Part shown: in pieces, positions 1-12,093 of the stretch | How the letters are laid out: each line of letters starts with the position of its first letter | Numbering within the stretch: the stretch's first letter is position 1 | DNA from: Callorhinchus milii | Lineage: Eukaryota | Reading direction: 5' to 3' | DNA: 64,000 bases | NCBI RefSeq assembly: GCF_018977255.1 | Contig: NW_024704742.1 | Coordinates: 83,206,001 to 83,270,000, forward strand | The notes under the pieces: generated by a model | The model's input: the letters and a program-made list of their open reading frames with translations, nothing else | Told to the model about the DNA's origin: nothing | The model's database searches: none | Made by a program: the position numbers and the translations under genes

Positions 1-459
1 GAATATGGTGTCCAGTTAACAATGTCATTATTCAGAAAACTAAATCATCACTGGAAGAGCCACATAAATCATTTAAATTGTTCTCAGATGTCCTTTGGCT
101 GAGTTGCTGGAGTTTGCGTGTCTGAATTTAATAGCAGTGGTATTTCTCGGAATAAGAATCAGGCTGGCAGCTCAGAAGGGCTCCGTTGCACAAGTTCAAT
201 CAAGTGAGCATTTTTCTTAAAAAGGATCATTTAGATTGTAAGGTGATTTGAGACTGCACTCACATATCCATGAGGTTTTGAGTTGGGTTGAGTTCTGTCT
301 CCCTTTAGATGTGCAGTGCATATATTTACACCCTCAGTGATTAATTGAGAGCTCCTTTGTCGCCCTGCAGGTGGGCAGAGGCATCAATACATAAAGTTAT
401 AATGATTTCACGATGGCACCTTGTTTTACTATTATTCCCTTTTTTGTTGAAAAGTCACC

Positions 460-583
460 TACCGCATTTCGCCCACAAAATATACAGTCAATTCACTTTA
501 CAGTATATTCTGTGAAACGCTTTGAGACGTCTCAATGATGTGATCAGGTGCTATATCATATGCAAGGATTATTATTGTTATTA
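460..583 (+). mobile_element. 3' fragment of tRNA(Ala)-derived SINE
   Basis: cgcccacaaaatatacagtcaattcacttta...tgcaaggattattatt matches the 3' half of the full copies, e.g. 29116-29497. Confidence 0.85.
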
Positions 584-910
584 ATTTGAAAAGGCGAGGG
601 GGAAGACAAACACACAAAAAGAAATTGAGTTATTTTGAGGGTGAATGAGTGAGTAGAGGGTTGAAGGGGAAGCTAATGTTTCCAGACTCTGCTCTTTGTT
701 TCTAATGCCACGGAATGAGCTGGTTCGAATGATCAAACATTTTACCTTCAAACCAGCTATCTGCTCTGCTGTATGCTGCTTAAATCTAGCTCAAACGTCA
801 GATAAAGTAACCAGAGGTTGCAAAATAATAATAATAATCACATTTGAAATAGTGTTTTTCACATCAGGAGGACATCTCAAAGCGTTTCACAGGATATACC
901 GCGTGCAATA

Positions 911-1100
911 AAAGCAGAAGTCATTGGGAACACACAGCAGGTCAGGCAGCATCTATGTAAGAAACCATCAGAAAGATCATTGACCTGAAAAATTAACTTA
1001 TTTTTTTTCTCTCCATAGATGCTGCCTGACCTCCTGCATGATACCAGCGACTTCTGTTTTTATTTCAGATTTCCAGCATCTGCAGCATTTTGCCTTTTGT
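911..1100 (+). mobile_element. Penelope-like element terminal remnant with fold-back inverted repeat
   Basis: 911-957 (cagaag...gcaggtcaggcagcatctatg) is the reverse complement of 1014-1060 (catagatgctgcctgacc...cttctg). Same sequence as the end of the element at 44100-44190. Confidence 0.75.
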
Positions 1101-3974
1101 ATATTGTGCGCAAATTGGCTGCTGTGTTTAGCTACAAAATAGCATTTTGTTGGGGAATGCAGCAGTCAATTAGCGCACAGCAATGTCCTACAAACAGGAA
1201 TGAAGTGATTGACCTAAAGAGGTGAATGAATTGCAGTGTAAACAATCTGGAGATGATGGACAGGCGGGCTAATTTAATGAGGAACTAACTGCTGATACTA
1301 GTTAGAGTGGACTGCGGTGTCTTCCTTCCGCCTTACATTAATTCGCTGACCAATGGCTCATGTCTGAAACCTTGCTCCTGCCTCAAACTGACAGCTCCTG
1401 TCTGATCATCAGCAAGTGCTTTCGTTGGCGTCTCCTCTCTTTGCTCTTGCTGTATTACACCTAGCTTAGAACTTTATCTGAAGTAAATGTCAAAATCCCT
1501 CACAAAGAAAATCGCTGATGGCTTTTGACATAATGGTGCCTATCTAACATGCAGCTTAAATTTAGACATTTATAATTTGTTGATCAGGAATTACTTGCAT
1601 GTGCCAGAGACATTTTCCTAACTCCCTACACCTGCTGCACTGTTTCAATGACAAGAAGTCTGTTGTGCATTCATCTTCCGGATCGCGGAACCCGGTATTT
1701 GACTGCTGTTGGCGGTTTCATGAGTTACCGCTGAACAAAAATAATAATTCACGCTTACAGTACAATATAATACAAATTTACATTTACATAGTGCCTTTTA
1801 CATTGGGAGGATTTGCCAAAACGCTTAACAACAACAACTTGCATTTATGTAGCACAGTTCACATTGAGCAGCGTCTTAAAAGAGTTTTCCTCCGAGATGC
1901 TGGTCCCCAAGATGCTGATAACAGTACAGGCTGGGCACCTGAATTAAGGTGGGAGCCAAAGGAGAATGGGGAGGGGAAGGATGACCAAAAGCACTGTCAA
2001 AGAGGTCTTCAGATGGATTTAGATTACACCTTTCAATTTACTTATCTCAAAATGCTTAACAGTGAGAGTTTGAGCATGGTGGGAGATGGAGGAAGGTGGG
2101 GTACATTTGGAATCACTACAGCCTGGATTTACAATTTTGACTCCTATTTTAGATATGATTTATACACTAAGTGTAAAACGAAACATTTATTTACATCTCA
2201 GTCAATATTTTCCTGTCCCATCTTTTTCCTCCTGAACTCAATTCTTCTTGGTTTAATCTACAGTCACTCCACAGTAAAATCTTGTGAATCATTTGAAGTC
2301 TTGAAGACGTAATTAGGTATTATTTCAATTACAAGGATTCTTTTTATTATTAAATGCATTCATATAAATTGGTCATTCAATTTATGGCAGTTTGTGGGGC
2401 ATTAAAGTGTGCAAATTGGCTGTAATTTTTGCTCAGAAAAATATAGTCATTTAAACACCTGACAGGAATTATCTGGGAAACACTTTGCAATATTTTTACA
2501 TTAAAAGTGCTATATCAAATGCAAGAATTATTATTATTATTTATTAATATTAGTATTATTAGCACATAGATGATCATTAGTGATCATTAGACAATGATCA
2601 CTGTGAACATTTGTTCCTTCACTATAAGGTTGAGAAAATGTGACAACTGGAATCTGAAAAATGCATTTGTCCTGTTCTTACTGCCTCTCGCTCTCTGTAT
2701 AAATCGTTGGGTCTTTCACAAGACTTGAGCCAGTTCTATTCTCAGTCTGTGTGCAGAGTGAGTGCAGAAGGTTATCAATTCAATGGGATAATTAGAACTA
2801 TCATTGCTTTAAGGTAACATCTTTGCAATGATTTCAGCTCCCTACCGTGAAACCTCATACCATTAGTCACAGTTCATTACTCTTTTCTTCGTCAATTTCT
2901 AATATAAAGCTAATGTTCCATTCCTGACGTATAATTTGCACTGCTGTTGCTACACATGCTTCTGGCTTGGGTTTTATTTTAAAGAGGATGCCTGGTTTCC
3001 TATGTTTCCAATGCACTCAAGATTTGATAGGACAGGACAATCGATGATAATGGTGAGACTCAATGGGTTATGTCCTGCCTTTATGAACTGGTTGTGCTCT
3101 TCTCAGTCAAAAAGTCAGTTGTTATAAATCTTTCATGACCACATTGACCAGAAGCTATGAATCCTTCACTCAAAACCTTCAGTTATCGGTATCCCACTGT
3201 TTGTGCTCATGGGGAAAGAATGTATCTGAATTTTAAAATTGGAGTTCCCTTGAAAACTGCCTGTGTTATGTTAAAGCTTTAAAAAAGCTAACAAAAGTTT
3301 GATTTGTGCCATGTTTGTACAGCATGTTTGACAGTGAATTCCAAGCTTTTGGCAGAGATTTGTTGCTCAACATACCATATGACGTGGGCCTCTGACATTG
3401 CAAATATCACGGGAGCTCCTCTCCTGACAACACCTCTGGAGGCGTGTGTTGGGGTCATTTATTCCCATAACATCCTTATTATATTGGTCATTCACTTCAT
3501 GGCACAAATTGGCTGGCACATTCACCTACAAAATACACACTTACAGTAAAATCCTGCAAAGCACTTTTAGATGTGTCGACTATGTGATAAAGCGCAATAT
3601 CAAATGTAAGAATTATCATTATTATATATGTTGGGGTGCAAAATGCAACATGGGTAAAATGTGTCACTTTCCTTATTTCATCCTTGTGTTAATTAGCGCT
3701 GCTTTGAAGTATGAAAAGGTTTCACAAATGTGGATAAAATTGCCATCACTTTACAACAGTGAAAATCCCCTTGTGAGAATGTATAGCACATGTATAGCCC
3801 TTGTACACACTACCCACTTCTCCCTACTTCTCAGAGGGAGGTATAGGTTGTACGTAAGAAGGGATGTCCTCTCGATGTGAAAGGCACTACATAAATTTGT
3901 TGTTGTTGTTGTCCTCCACTGAGCAGTTACCTCCTCCACTGAGGAGACTCCCTCCACTGAGAGAATGGCTGCCC

Positions 3975-4200
3975 AGTGGATTTTGTTTGATCAGATGCGC
4001 ATGTAGAAATCCATTACAGTGGTTAACAGTATTCAAATCAGACTGGGAGCTCCATGCATGACACCTACACATGGAAATTTGCCAGTGTCTGGAATGGGAT
4101 GTGCACTCTCTTCCCGGAGGAATGCATCATGCTTACCCAATTCCGGAGAGCATCAGGCGCAAGTTGGCAAGAGCAAAGGTGTGCCCGGTGGAGGGAATGG
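3975..4200 (+). mobile_element. Decayed non-LTR retroelement fragment, CRE-like C-terminus
   Basis: DNA similarity to 13730-14305 (-) and 5457-5592 (-). Translates across frameshifts to IQIRLGAPCMTP / WDVHSL / ESIRRKLARAK. Confidence 0.55.
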
Positions 4201-5456
4201 ATAGTGAGGAAGTTGAGACCTCAGGAGGTGCAAAAATTACACGTGTAAATTTTAACACTGACATAAGCCTTGCCCAGCATTAGTGAGTAAAGAATACTTC
4301 TCACTGTCTCAATAGGTAAAGTTTGAGGGCTGCTGTGAACCCTGAAACCTATGTTTAGCTGCACAAAAACATGGTTCTTCACGATCACGTGCACAGAAAT
4401 CTGCGGACTAAGCCATTGTAACAAAACCACGGGTATTCATACCTGAAACCTTTCAATAGTTCTCAGCAGAAGTTCGTCCTTTTCTTAACAGATTTGTTGC
4501 GATAATTATCATTGAATGTGTTATGAAATGTTGTATTTTGCACCCCATAGTGTTAACAGCAAGACTGCAGGTCTAATACTGTTTAGTAGCATGACCAGAG
4601 TGCTAATGCTTATTAGTTACATCCCAAATTAGTTTCATTTCATTCCTTCCATCAGAAGCAAGTTAGCATTAGTATGCAATGAAGGCAGTGAGAAAACACA
4701 GGATGAAAATAATGTGTCTCCCTATTGAGCAAGTTCAGTTACAAAATGTTCGTCCATTGGAACAGCAAGTGTTATTGTTGGCTTTCCTGCTTGCTGGGCA
4801 GGAAATAACATCAGCTGCGCTTTCTGTGCACCTGTGCTGTGATCAGCAAGTGGCTGCTGTTGGCCATTTTGGGGCTTGACTCTGCCCTGCATGAAGGATG
4901 AAGGGCGCTATATAAATACAAATTGTTGTTGTTTATGCCCCATTATAACACAATATTTGGGATTATGGATAGAAACAGCACGTTGTAATTGGGTTCTTTG
5001 TAAAATGACCAGCAACTCAAAAGTGCAATAACTTTAAAACAGAAAGTGCTTTTATGGTGTTATTAATTGAATTTTGTAAGTACTTCGGCAAAGTGGTGCC
5101 AATGCTATGACACCACTTTAAGACTATGTGCTGGTGTCATTACGCTGCCTTTTTAATCACACTTAATATAAATTTCAGGCTGTTTCAAATCAATACTTTG
5201 GAATTCATTTTATGTCCTGTGGATGATGAAATGGCTGTTTTAACACTCTGTGGCAGAAGATGGCAATTCCTTTTGGCACTCAAGTCAAAATACAATGTCA
5301 GGGGACCAAAAGCATTGCCAGATGTGCATAAAGTGCTTTTAAATGTTAACATTTTGAACAAAAAATCACATCATTATTTCCTTCTGGGAGATGAGGCAAG
5401 TTTGTTTTTGCAGGGAAGTAGCAACAGTAAGTTGATATCAGATTTGATGTTGCAAC

Positions 5457-5592
5457 TGTCAGGAGGGAGAGAGTGCACATTCCATTCCAACAATCTATCT
5501 CTGGGATTTCCATGTATAGGTGTGATGTATGGAAATCTCATCTTGGCTTGGTGATGGGATTTCAGATGTGTTAGACTCTCGGCTAACCAAAA
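5457..5592 (-). mobile_element. Fragment of the same CRE-like family
   Basis: gtgcacattcca...acaatcta...tctgg.atttccatgt...ggtgatggg.tttc...cggct.accaaa shared with 14172-14302. Confidence 0.6.
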
Positions 5593-6019
5593 AAAATCTT
5601 CTTGCAAATCCATCTCTCCTTATCCCCTTATTCCCTCATTTAGATCACAACCGAAATCCTCCCAGGTCACCTCCCACCGGCTTGTTGTCAGGCTCCACCA
5701 CTGTTAAGCTCTCCAAGGCACTGCCCTGCGTGAAATGTAAATAGTTGTTGTTGCTATACAAACACCACATTGTTATTGTCACCAATCTTCAGCCATTTCA
5801 TCACTGCTGCTGGCTTTAGCCTCTGAGTCAATAAAACTCCACTTGGATCTACTCAGACCACTCCATACTCTGAGTCAGTCAGTCAATCTCTAATCCAGTG
5901 CACTTTGGATAACCTGACTATGAAACTGATATTTTACACCTGGAGGAATTTGCTCCAGTATCTGGAAGTCTTCCATCACACCAGATGGAAAAGGTTGCTT
6001 CAGTTTGGTAGATGGAAAG

Positions 6020-6380
6020 TCTGTCTCAGTCAGTAGTCAGGTAGAGTCAGCAAAGTTCACTTTGGTGCCATCCAATTACAAAGGGAAGTGGACTCAGTGT
6101 CAACAGTGACATCATCAGGAGGAGGCATGTAGATGAAGAAAACAACTGGACCAGGGAAAAAAACCCACACATGACGGTGGCGACAGGAGGAGAAACTGTT
6201 AGGATAGATGAGGGTAGATCATTGAAGATACTGGGGCATGTAGGAGAAAAAACAGGAAAGTGCAGAGCAACGGAGATGTACCATGGAGGACGGTAAGTGG
6301 AGAAAGCACAACAGTGTTGAAAGCAATGGAGGGATCGAGTAGGACAAGGAGGCTCAGGGAGTACTGGTGTCACACAGAGA
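6020..6380 (-). mobile_element. Old L2 LINE reverse transcriptase fragment
   Basis: Minus-strand frames give SLLVLLDPSIAFNTV and a decayed VxCG...LFxxYM, matching L2 RT SLLVLLDLSAAFDTV. Confidence 0.6.
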
Positions 6381-7054
6381 AGATGTAGTTGGGGACCTTG
6401 TCCAGGACTATCTCACTACTGCGACCCAGTGGATCTCCTGGGCTAGCAGGAAAATTAATCGTCTGGTCACACAGTCTCCTTCCTATTTTGATTGATTTGA
6501 GCATTTTGTGTAATTGTCAAATGAATTTGATGATGTGGCAGACAGCTGCCTTGTCTTTAGTTTTAATACCCACTCATCGCCTAGACTCATCTCATTTGAT
6601 ACCTATCCAACCACATATTCGTGCTGAGTACTTTTGTTTAGCCCTTATAATTACTGGTCTAAGTGTGCAGATTTGACAAATTTACTGTAATTAAATAGTT
6701 TATCCCATCATTTAAATAGTTTCAGGCAGTACTGGAAATGTTTACGTGAAAGAATTCCCTTGTTGCATTTCATTATCCACTTACAGTAAAAGTGATAATT
6801 TGAGACTCCTTAACCTGTAAAGAGCACTGGAATGAATCCCACAGATTAACGGTAGCCAGTGCTTCCAGGGTGAAGCACCTGCATGTTTTTCTCTGCACTA
6901 TTTGCATTTTCACTCATTGAATACATGTTGATACTGCATTTCTTCAAGCTGACCTGGCTTCACTGACAACTTGCAGCTTTCCTCAATCAATTCAAAAGGC
7001 TCGAACAGCCAATTTTATCAGTATAAAGATTCTGCACCTAAACATACAAGCTTG

Positions 7055-7417
7055 TAATAATAATAATCTTTGAATTTGCTATAGCGCTTTAACACATCTT
7101 CAAGATATCTCAAACGCTTGACAGGATATACTGAATTGACTGTATATTTTGTGGGCGAAACGCAGCAGGCAATTGGGCACAGTAGTGTCTCACAAACAGT
7201 CTTGGATTGAGTGACCAAATTATTATTATTATTTTTTATGGAAGGAATTATTATCCCAGAAAAGCGATCCGACAATCGACTAACAACCGTGTTCCTACTT
7301 ACTGCTAGGTAAACAGAAGTGGGTGAAGTAAGGAAACTTGCACAACGTTTCACCTTGCCTGGAATCAAACCCAAGTCTCTCACTTGCGAAGTGAGTGCTC
7401 TAACCACAAGACTCCAC
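7055..7417 (-). mobile_element. Full-length tRNA(Ala)-derived SINE, long variant
   Basis: GTGGAGTC head with A/B boxes, central ctgtttacctagcagtaagtagga block, L2-like tail ending in (ATT)n. Confidence 0.9.
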
Positions 7418-7764
7418 GAATTGTTATATTACAATAACAAAAAATTGCACTGATACAGCGCCTTTCATGTTGGATAATAGCTTGGAAAGCTTCACAGTGG
7501 TGTGGTTGGACGGACGCTGAGCAAGGAGGAAGGTGACTATTGGTGCAGTCAATATGGGCTTTGAATATGGGGCGGGGGATACGGAGGGATCAAGGAAGTG
7601 AATTCCAAAGGTTTAGTGGAGTAATAACTGAAGGACGGCCATCAAAAATGGCATGGAGCAGGAGGGGTCATGCAGTATGCCTTACTGAGTTGAAAGAAAA
7701 GAATAAGTAGATTTATATGTGAAAAATATTTTTCATGGCATGTTTGCCATATTACAATCTGCTA

Positions 7765-8134
7765 TATAATAATAATAATACCTTCATTATCCTTATCACG
7801 TCTTTGCAACATCTCAATGCGCTTCACAGAATATATTGTAAAGTGAATTAACTGTATATTTTGTTAGCAAAACACAGCAGCCAATTGCACATAGCAGTGT
7901 CCCACAAACAGTCGTGGATTGAGAGACCAAATTATTATTTAAAAAAATATATTTTGAAGGATTTATTACCCCAGGAAAAGCAATCCACCAATCGACTAAC
8001 AACTGGGTTCTACTTACTGCTGGGTAAACAGAGGAATATGGAGTAAGGAAACTTGCCGAATGTTTCGCCTTGCCAGGAATCAAATCCAGGTCCTCTCACT
8101 TGCGAGGCTCTAACCACTAAGCTGCAGGACTCCA
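7765..8134 (-). mobile_element. Full-length tRNA(Ala)-derived SINE, long variant
   Basis: Same architecture as 7055-7417. Confidence 0.9.
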
Positions 8135-9034
8135 TAAGTTGTGGCAAAGGCATCTCTGATATTTACGCGGTACATTTGCTAGCTTGAGGCTTGGCTCAAC
8201 ATAGTAACATTTGATGTCTCAATTCTGAACCCAAAGTCGCTTATTGACAGTCGGGCCTCATTATAAAAGAATTTAATTCTTTTGACATTCACTTCTGCAA
8301 AACATTAGCGAGCGATCATATTGAATGGTTTCTGCTCTGACTGCAAGAGACTCGGATGTTTTCCTTTTCAATGTGCTTAGGACATGCCTCACTTATTTTT
8401 CTTCTCTTTAGATATTTGTCATAGAATTAAGCAATGATTGCACATTTAGAGTAAAAGTTGCTGACATGGTTTTAAATCTCACTTGACAAAATTGAACAAC
8501 TTGTGGAACTAGCTGGGGACAGTCCCTCATCATCATTATATTCAGGACTTGCTTAATTAATCCCTTTAATTGTCCGGGTGGTGTAAGCAGTTCAGTTTGT
8601 CCCTGAAGCTTAAAGTATAAAGAATGTCGAATTCACTGTAGCCAACCTGGAGAATATCAAGTAATACTGCAAAATCCTCTTAATTGCATAACATTTAAAT
8701 GAATTTAACGCTGCAATGAATAAGCCAAATAACATACTTAGAATAATGGAGCCCTAGTAAATTAAAGGGGCCATGTTGTAACAACTTGAAAACCCACACA
8801 AGTTAACTCTAGTTTATAAAAAGTTATCCAGCTCCTATTTGGTGCCTCTAGATATCTCCTCCTTGGTTTTTGGAACAAAGAAGTGGTAGAAAGGAAATTC
8901 ACAGCTCCGAATTTATGAGTAAAGAGGCATTCTGAAAATGCAAGGGTTACAGAACAAGAGAACATACATTCAGGGTTGCAAAGCACAATTTCAAGAATGA
9001 CACCAGGAAGTATTTCTTTACCGAGAGGCGAATC

Positions 9035-9365
9035 CTTAGATTTTGGTATAGCACCTTTCGGGAGGATGCCGGGAGGATGTCTTAAAGCTCTTTACAGGAT
9101 ATAATATAAAATGGTANTTTTTGTGTGGCAGACAATTTGCACACAACAATGTCTCACAAACAGCCATGATGTGAGTGACCAATTTTATTTGGGGGTTTGT
9201 TGGCAAAGGCACTGGGAGAAACTCCCTTCTATTTTTCAAGTAATGCCATGGGATCTTTAACATACACCTGAACAGGCAGACAGGACTTTAGTTTAACATC
9301 TTATATGAAGTACGGCACATCCAACAATACAGCACCGCATTGAAGTGTCAGCCTAGACTATATGA
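9035..9365 (-). mobile_element. Deu-domain SINE (SacSINE1/AmnSINE1-like)
   Basis: Reverse strand has atgttaaagatcccatggcattacttgaaaaatagaagggagtttctcccagtgcc, a Deu-domain-like core, plus an L2-like tail. Confidence 0.7.
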
Positions 9366-10543
9366 GTTCCAAGCCCAATTAATGCCTGACACAGGTAATG
9401 AGAGGATTATAGGGTGGGTGTTCTGGAAGGACGAGATCAAATAGGATGAAGAGCTTTCTTCAGCCAAACTAGTTTTGTGGTGCACTTCAGTGATGATTCA
9501 TTTAAATACAAAGCGAGTTGCTTAATGGGTTCCTTAGTTGTGAAGTGTGCTTATTCATTTTCTAAAGTGTACAATAACTGAGTAAGTTATTCAAAACACA
9601 TTATTGTGTATGTAACTTGAAACTTTACTGCACCGAAGAAGGCAATTTGGCTTGTCTTTGCTGGTTGATGGAACTTGTGATGGAAACTGCTAATTTTTAT
9701 TACAGTGATTATGAGGCTACCATCTGAATAAGTGGAACTGAGGGGTATTTATTGCTCCCAAGAGATAGGAGCTGCGTTGGTTCATTGTCTGGAATCCAAA
9801 GCTTATGGTCAAAGCCCCAAATCAATCTGTGTGAAATATTGGGATTTAATTTGCATTTTTTGCTGGAAAAACAATCCTTAATAAAGGGATCAAATGGAAC
9901 TCCTCTGGGAAATTGGAGTATGATCCTTCAGAACTCTACTCTGATGTGATTTATCCTGGAATAGCATTTCCATAGGTTAGCATGATGCACACAATGTACT
10001 TCTGGTTACCAAAAGGAATCCCACAGTTGATTTTCTTATTAAAGAGACCTGTCCAAATTAGACGCCAGTCTTACTGTACCGTTTCCACTTATACTGGCAG
10101 CAGCACAACCACGCATGATGCAGTTAGTCTCAGATTCAATTCTGAGCACTGTGCTAGAGTCCACAGGAAGGGAGTAAGTTTTGGAGAATGAATATTTGGA
10201 GGAACATTGGGAAGGGGGTGGGTGGGGGCAGGCATGTATTGGGATAGCAGGATGGCCTGTATAAAATAATAAAATGATGTGGTCTAATGGCTAAACAAAA
10301 TTTTCTTCTCAGTGGGAATTTTTGTGAATTAAACATTCTTGATGTCTAAGTAATCACATCATAGCAATAAGCAACTGCCCCGCTCCAGTCACACAATCTG
10401 TGTTGACTTTGAGTACTTGACATTGCTACATTTGCTGATTTTCTCAAAAACAGGGTCTGGTACCTGATGACTTCTAAAGCCATTCCCCAATAAGAATACC
10501 TGGAATAGATCATGCTGACTCACAGAAAATCCGCTCTGATCTG

Positions 10544-10757
10544 ATAATAATAATAATAATCACAATCCTTGCATTTGATATAGCGCCTTATCTCATCGTT
10601 GCAACATGCGTTTCACAGAAGATACTGTAAATGAACTGAGTGTATATTTTGTGGGGGAAAGGCAGCAGCCAAATTCACACAGCAATGTCCCACAAACAAT
10701 CTTCCAATCAACTAATAAACTGGTTCCTACTTACTGCTAGGTAAACAGAGGAGTGTG
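10544..10757 (-). mobile_element. 5'-truncated tRNA(Ala) SINE, long variant
   Basis: (TAA)n tail, body and ggttcctacttactgctaggtaaacagagg block. Confidence 0.85.
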
Positions 10758-10764
10758 GAGGTAG

Positions 10765-12000
10765 CAAGCAGAATGGCTAAGTTTGCAGAGCTAATGAAAG
10801 TGGTAGATTATGAAGCTGAACAAGATAGGTTACAGGAGGATTTGAACATATTTGGGAAACGGGCAGATTGGTGGCAGATGAAATTCAACGTGGAGAAATG
10901 TAAAGTACTTCACATGGGGACAAAAAATCCTGGAAGGGACAAATATATGAACGGAAAGAAAATAATATGTTTGGAAAATTAAAAGGATCTGGGGGTCCTG
11001 ATTAAAAGTAAATTGAAGCTCTCCCAACAATGCTCTGTGGCAGTGATTAAAGCAAACCAGATGTTGGGATGTATCAAAAGAACAATAGCAAGCCGAGATA
11101 GTGGTGTAATCCTGCCACTGTATAAAGCATTGGTGAGACCATACTTAGAGTACTGTGTGGAGTCCTGTAGCTCAGTGGTTAGAGCACTCGCTTTGCAAGC
11201 GAGAGATCTGAGTTCAATTCCAGGCAGGGCGAAACCGTGGGCAAGTTTCCTTACTCCACACAGAGCCTAATAATAATCCCTCCAAAAACCAAAAACAATA
11301 ATAAATTGGTAATTTTCAATCTACGATTGTTTGTGGGACATTGCTGTGCGCAATTGGCTGTCGCGTTTGCCCACAAATATACAGTCAATTCACTTTACAG
11401 TGTGTTCTGTGAAGCACTTTGGGACGTCCTCCCGACGTGAAAAGCACTATATCAAATGCAAGGATTATTATTATTATTACAGTTCTGGTCGCCACAGTAC
11501 AAAAAGGATATTGGAGAAATCGAGAAGATAGAGAGGAAACCAAAAATGATTGAGGGAATGGAAGAACTGGACTATGAGGAGCGACTAAGTAAATTGGGCA
11601 TGTTCACGCTGGAAAAGAGAAGATTGAGAGGTGACATGATTGCTGTCTTTAAGATTCTAAAGGGGCAACACAATATAGATCATGATGGGCTGTTTCAACT
11701 TGTCCAGAATAGTAAAACCAGAGGACACGGCCTGTGATTGAAGTGGGGTAAATTCAGAACAAATCTAGGCAAATACTATTTCTTTGAGCGAATAGTGAAC
11801 CTGTGGAACAGTCTCCCTCGGGAGATGGTTGAAGTAGGAAGTGTTGATTCTTTCAAACACAGATTAGATCGTTTTCTTTTAGGATATAACATTATGGGAT
11901 ATAGTACATGGGACATATGTGCATATGACCACCAGGAAGGTGAAAGCTGACTAGATGGACTTTGGTCTTTTTTCGTCTAGCATTTCTTATGTTCTTATGT
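10765..12000 (+). mobile_element. CR1 LINE 3' portion (decayed RT C-terminus and 3' UTR), interrupted by a SINE
   Basis: Frames give WQMKFNVEKCKVLHMG, KANQMLGCIKR, LYKALVRPYLEYC, LEKRRLRGDMIAVFKI and ERIVNLWNSLP; ends in (ttcttatg)n. Confidence 0.92.
11157..11479 (+). mobile_element. Full-length tRNA(Ala)-derived SINE, short variant, inserted in CR1
   Basis: A box tagctcagtgg, anticodon arm ctcgc-tttgcaa-gcgag (TGC, Ala), B box gagttcaattcc, tail gggacgtcctcccgacgtgaaaag...(ATT)n. Confidence 0.92.
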
Positions 12001-12093
12001 AAGCAAACTTGCCTAAGCTTGCGCCCTGCCTGGGAATCGAACCCGGGTTCGCTCGCTTGCGAGGCAAAAGCTCTAACCAATATGCTACAGAAT
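12001..12093 (-). mobile_element. SINE tRNA-like head fragment
   Basis: gggaatcgaacccggg...ctcgcttgcgaggc...gctctaacca. Confidence 0.8.

Noticed and set aside
1599..2312. 237-aa ORF
   Set aside because: Runs antisense through several L2 tail remnants and shows no recognisable domain
3911..3962. Three copies of cctccactgag at about 20-bp spacing
   Set aside because: Short local slippage repeat with no further structure
11157..11235. tRNA-Ala gene, here and at the other SINE heads
   Set aside because: No proper acceptor stem or terminator, and each continues into a SINE body
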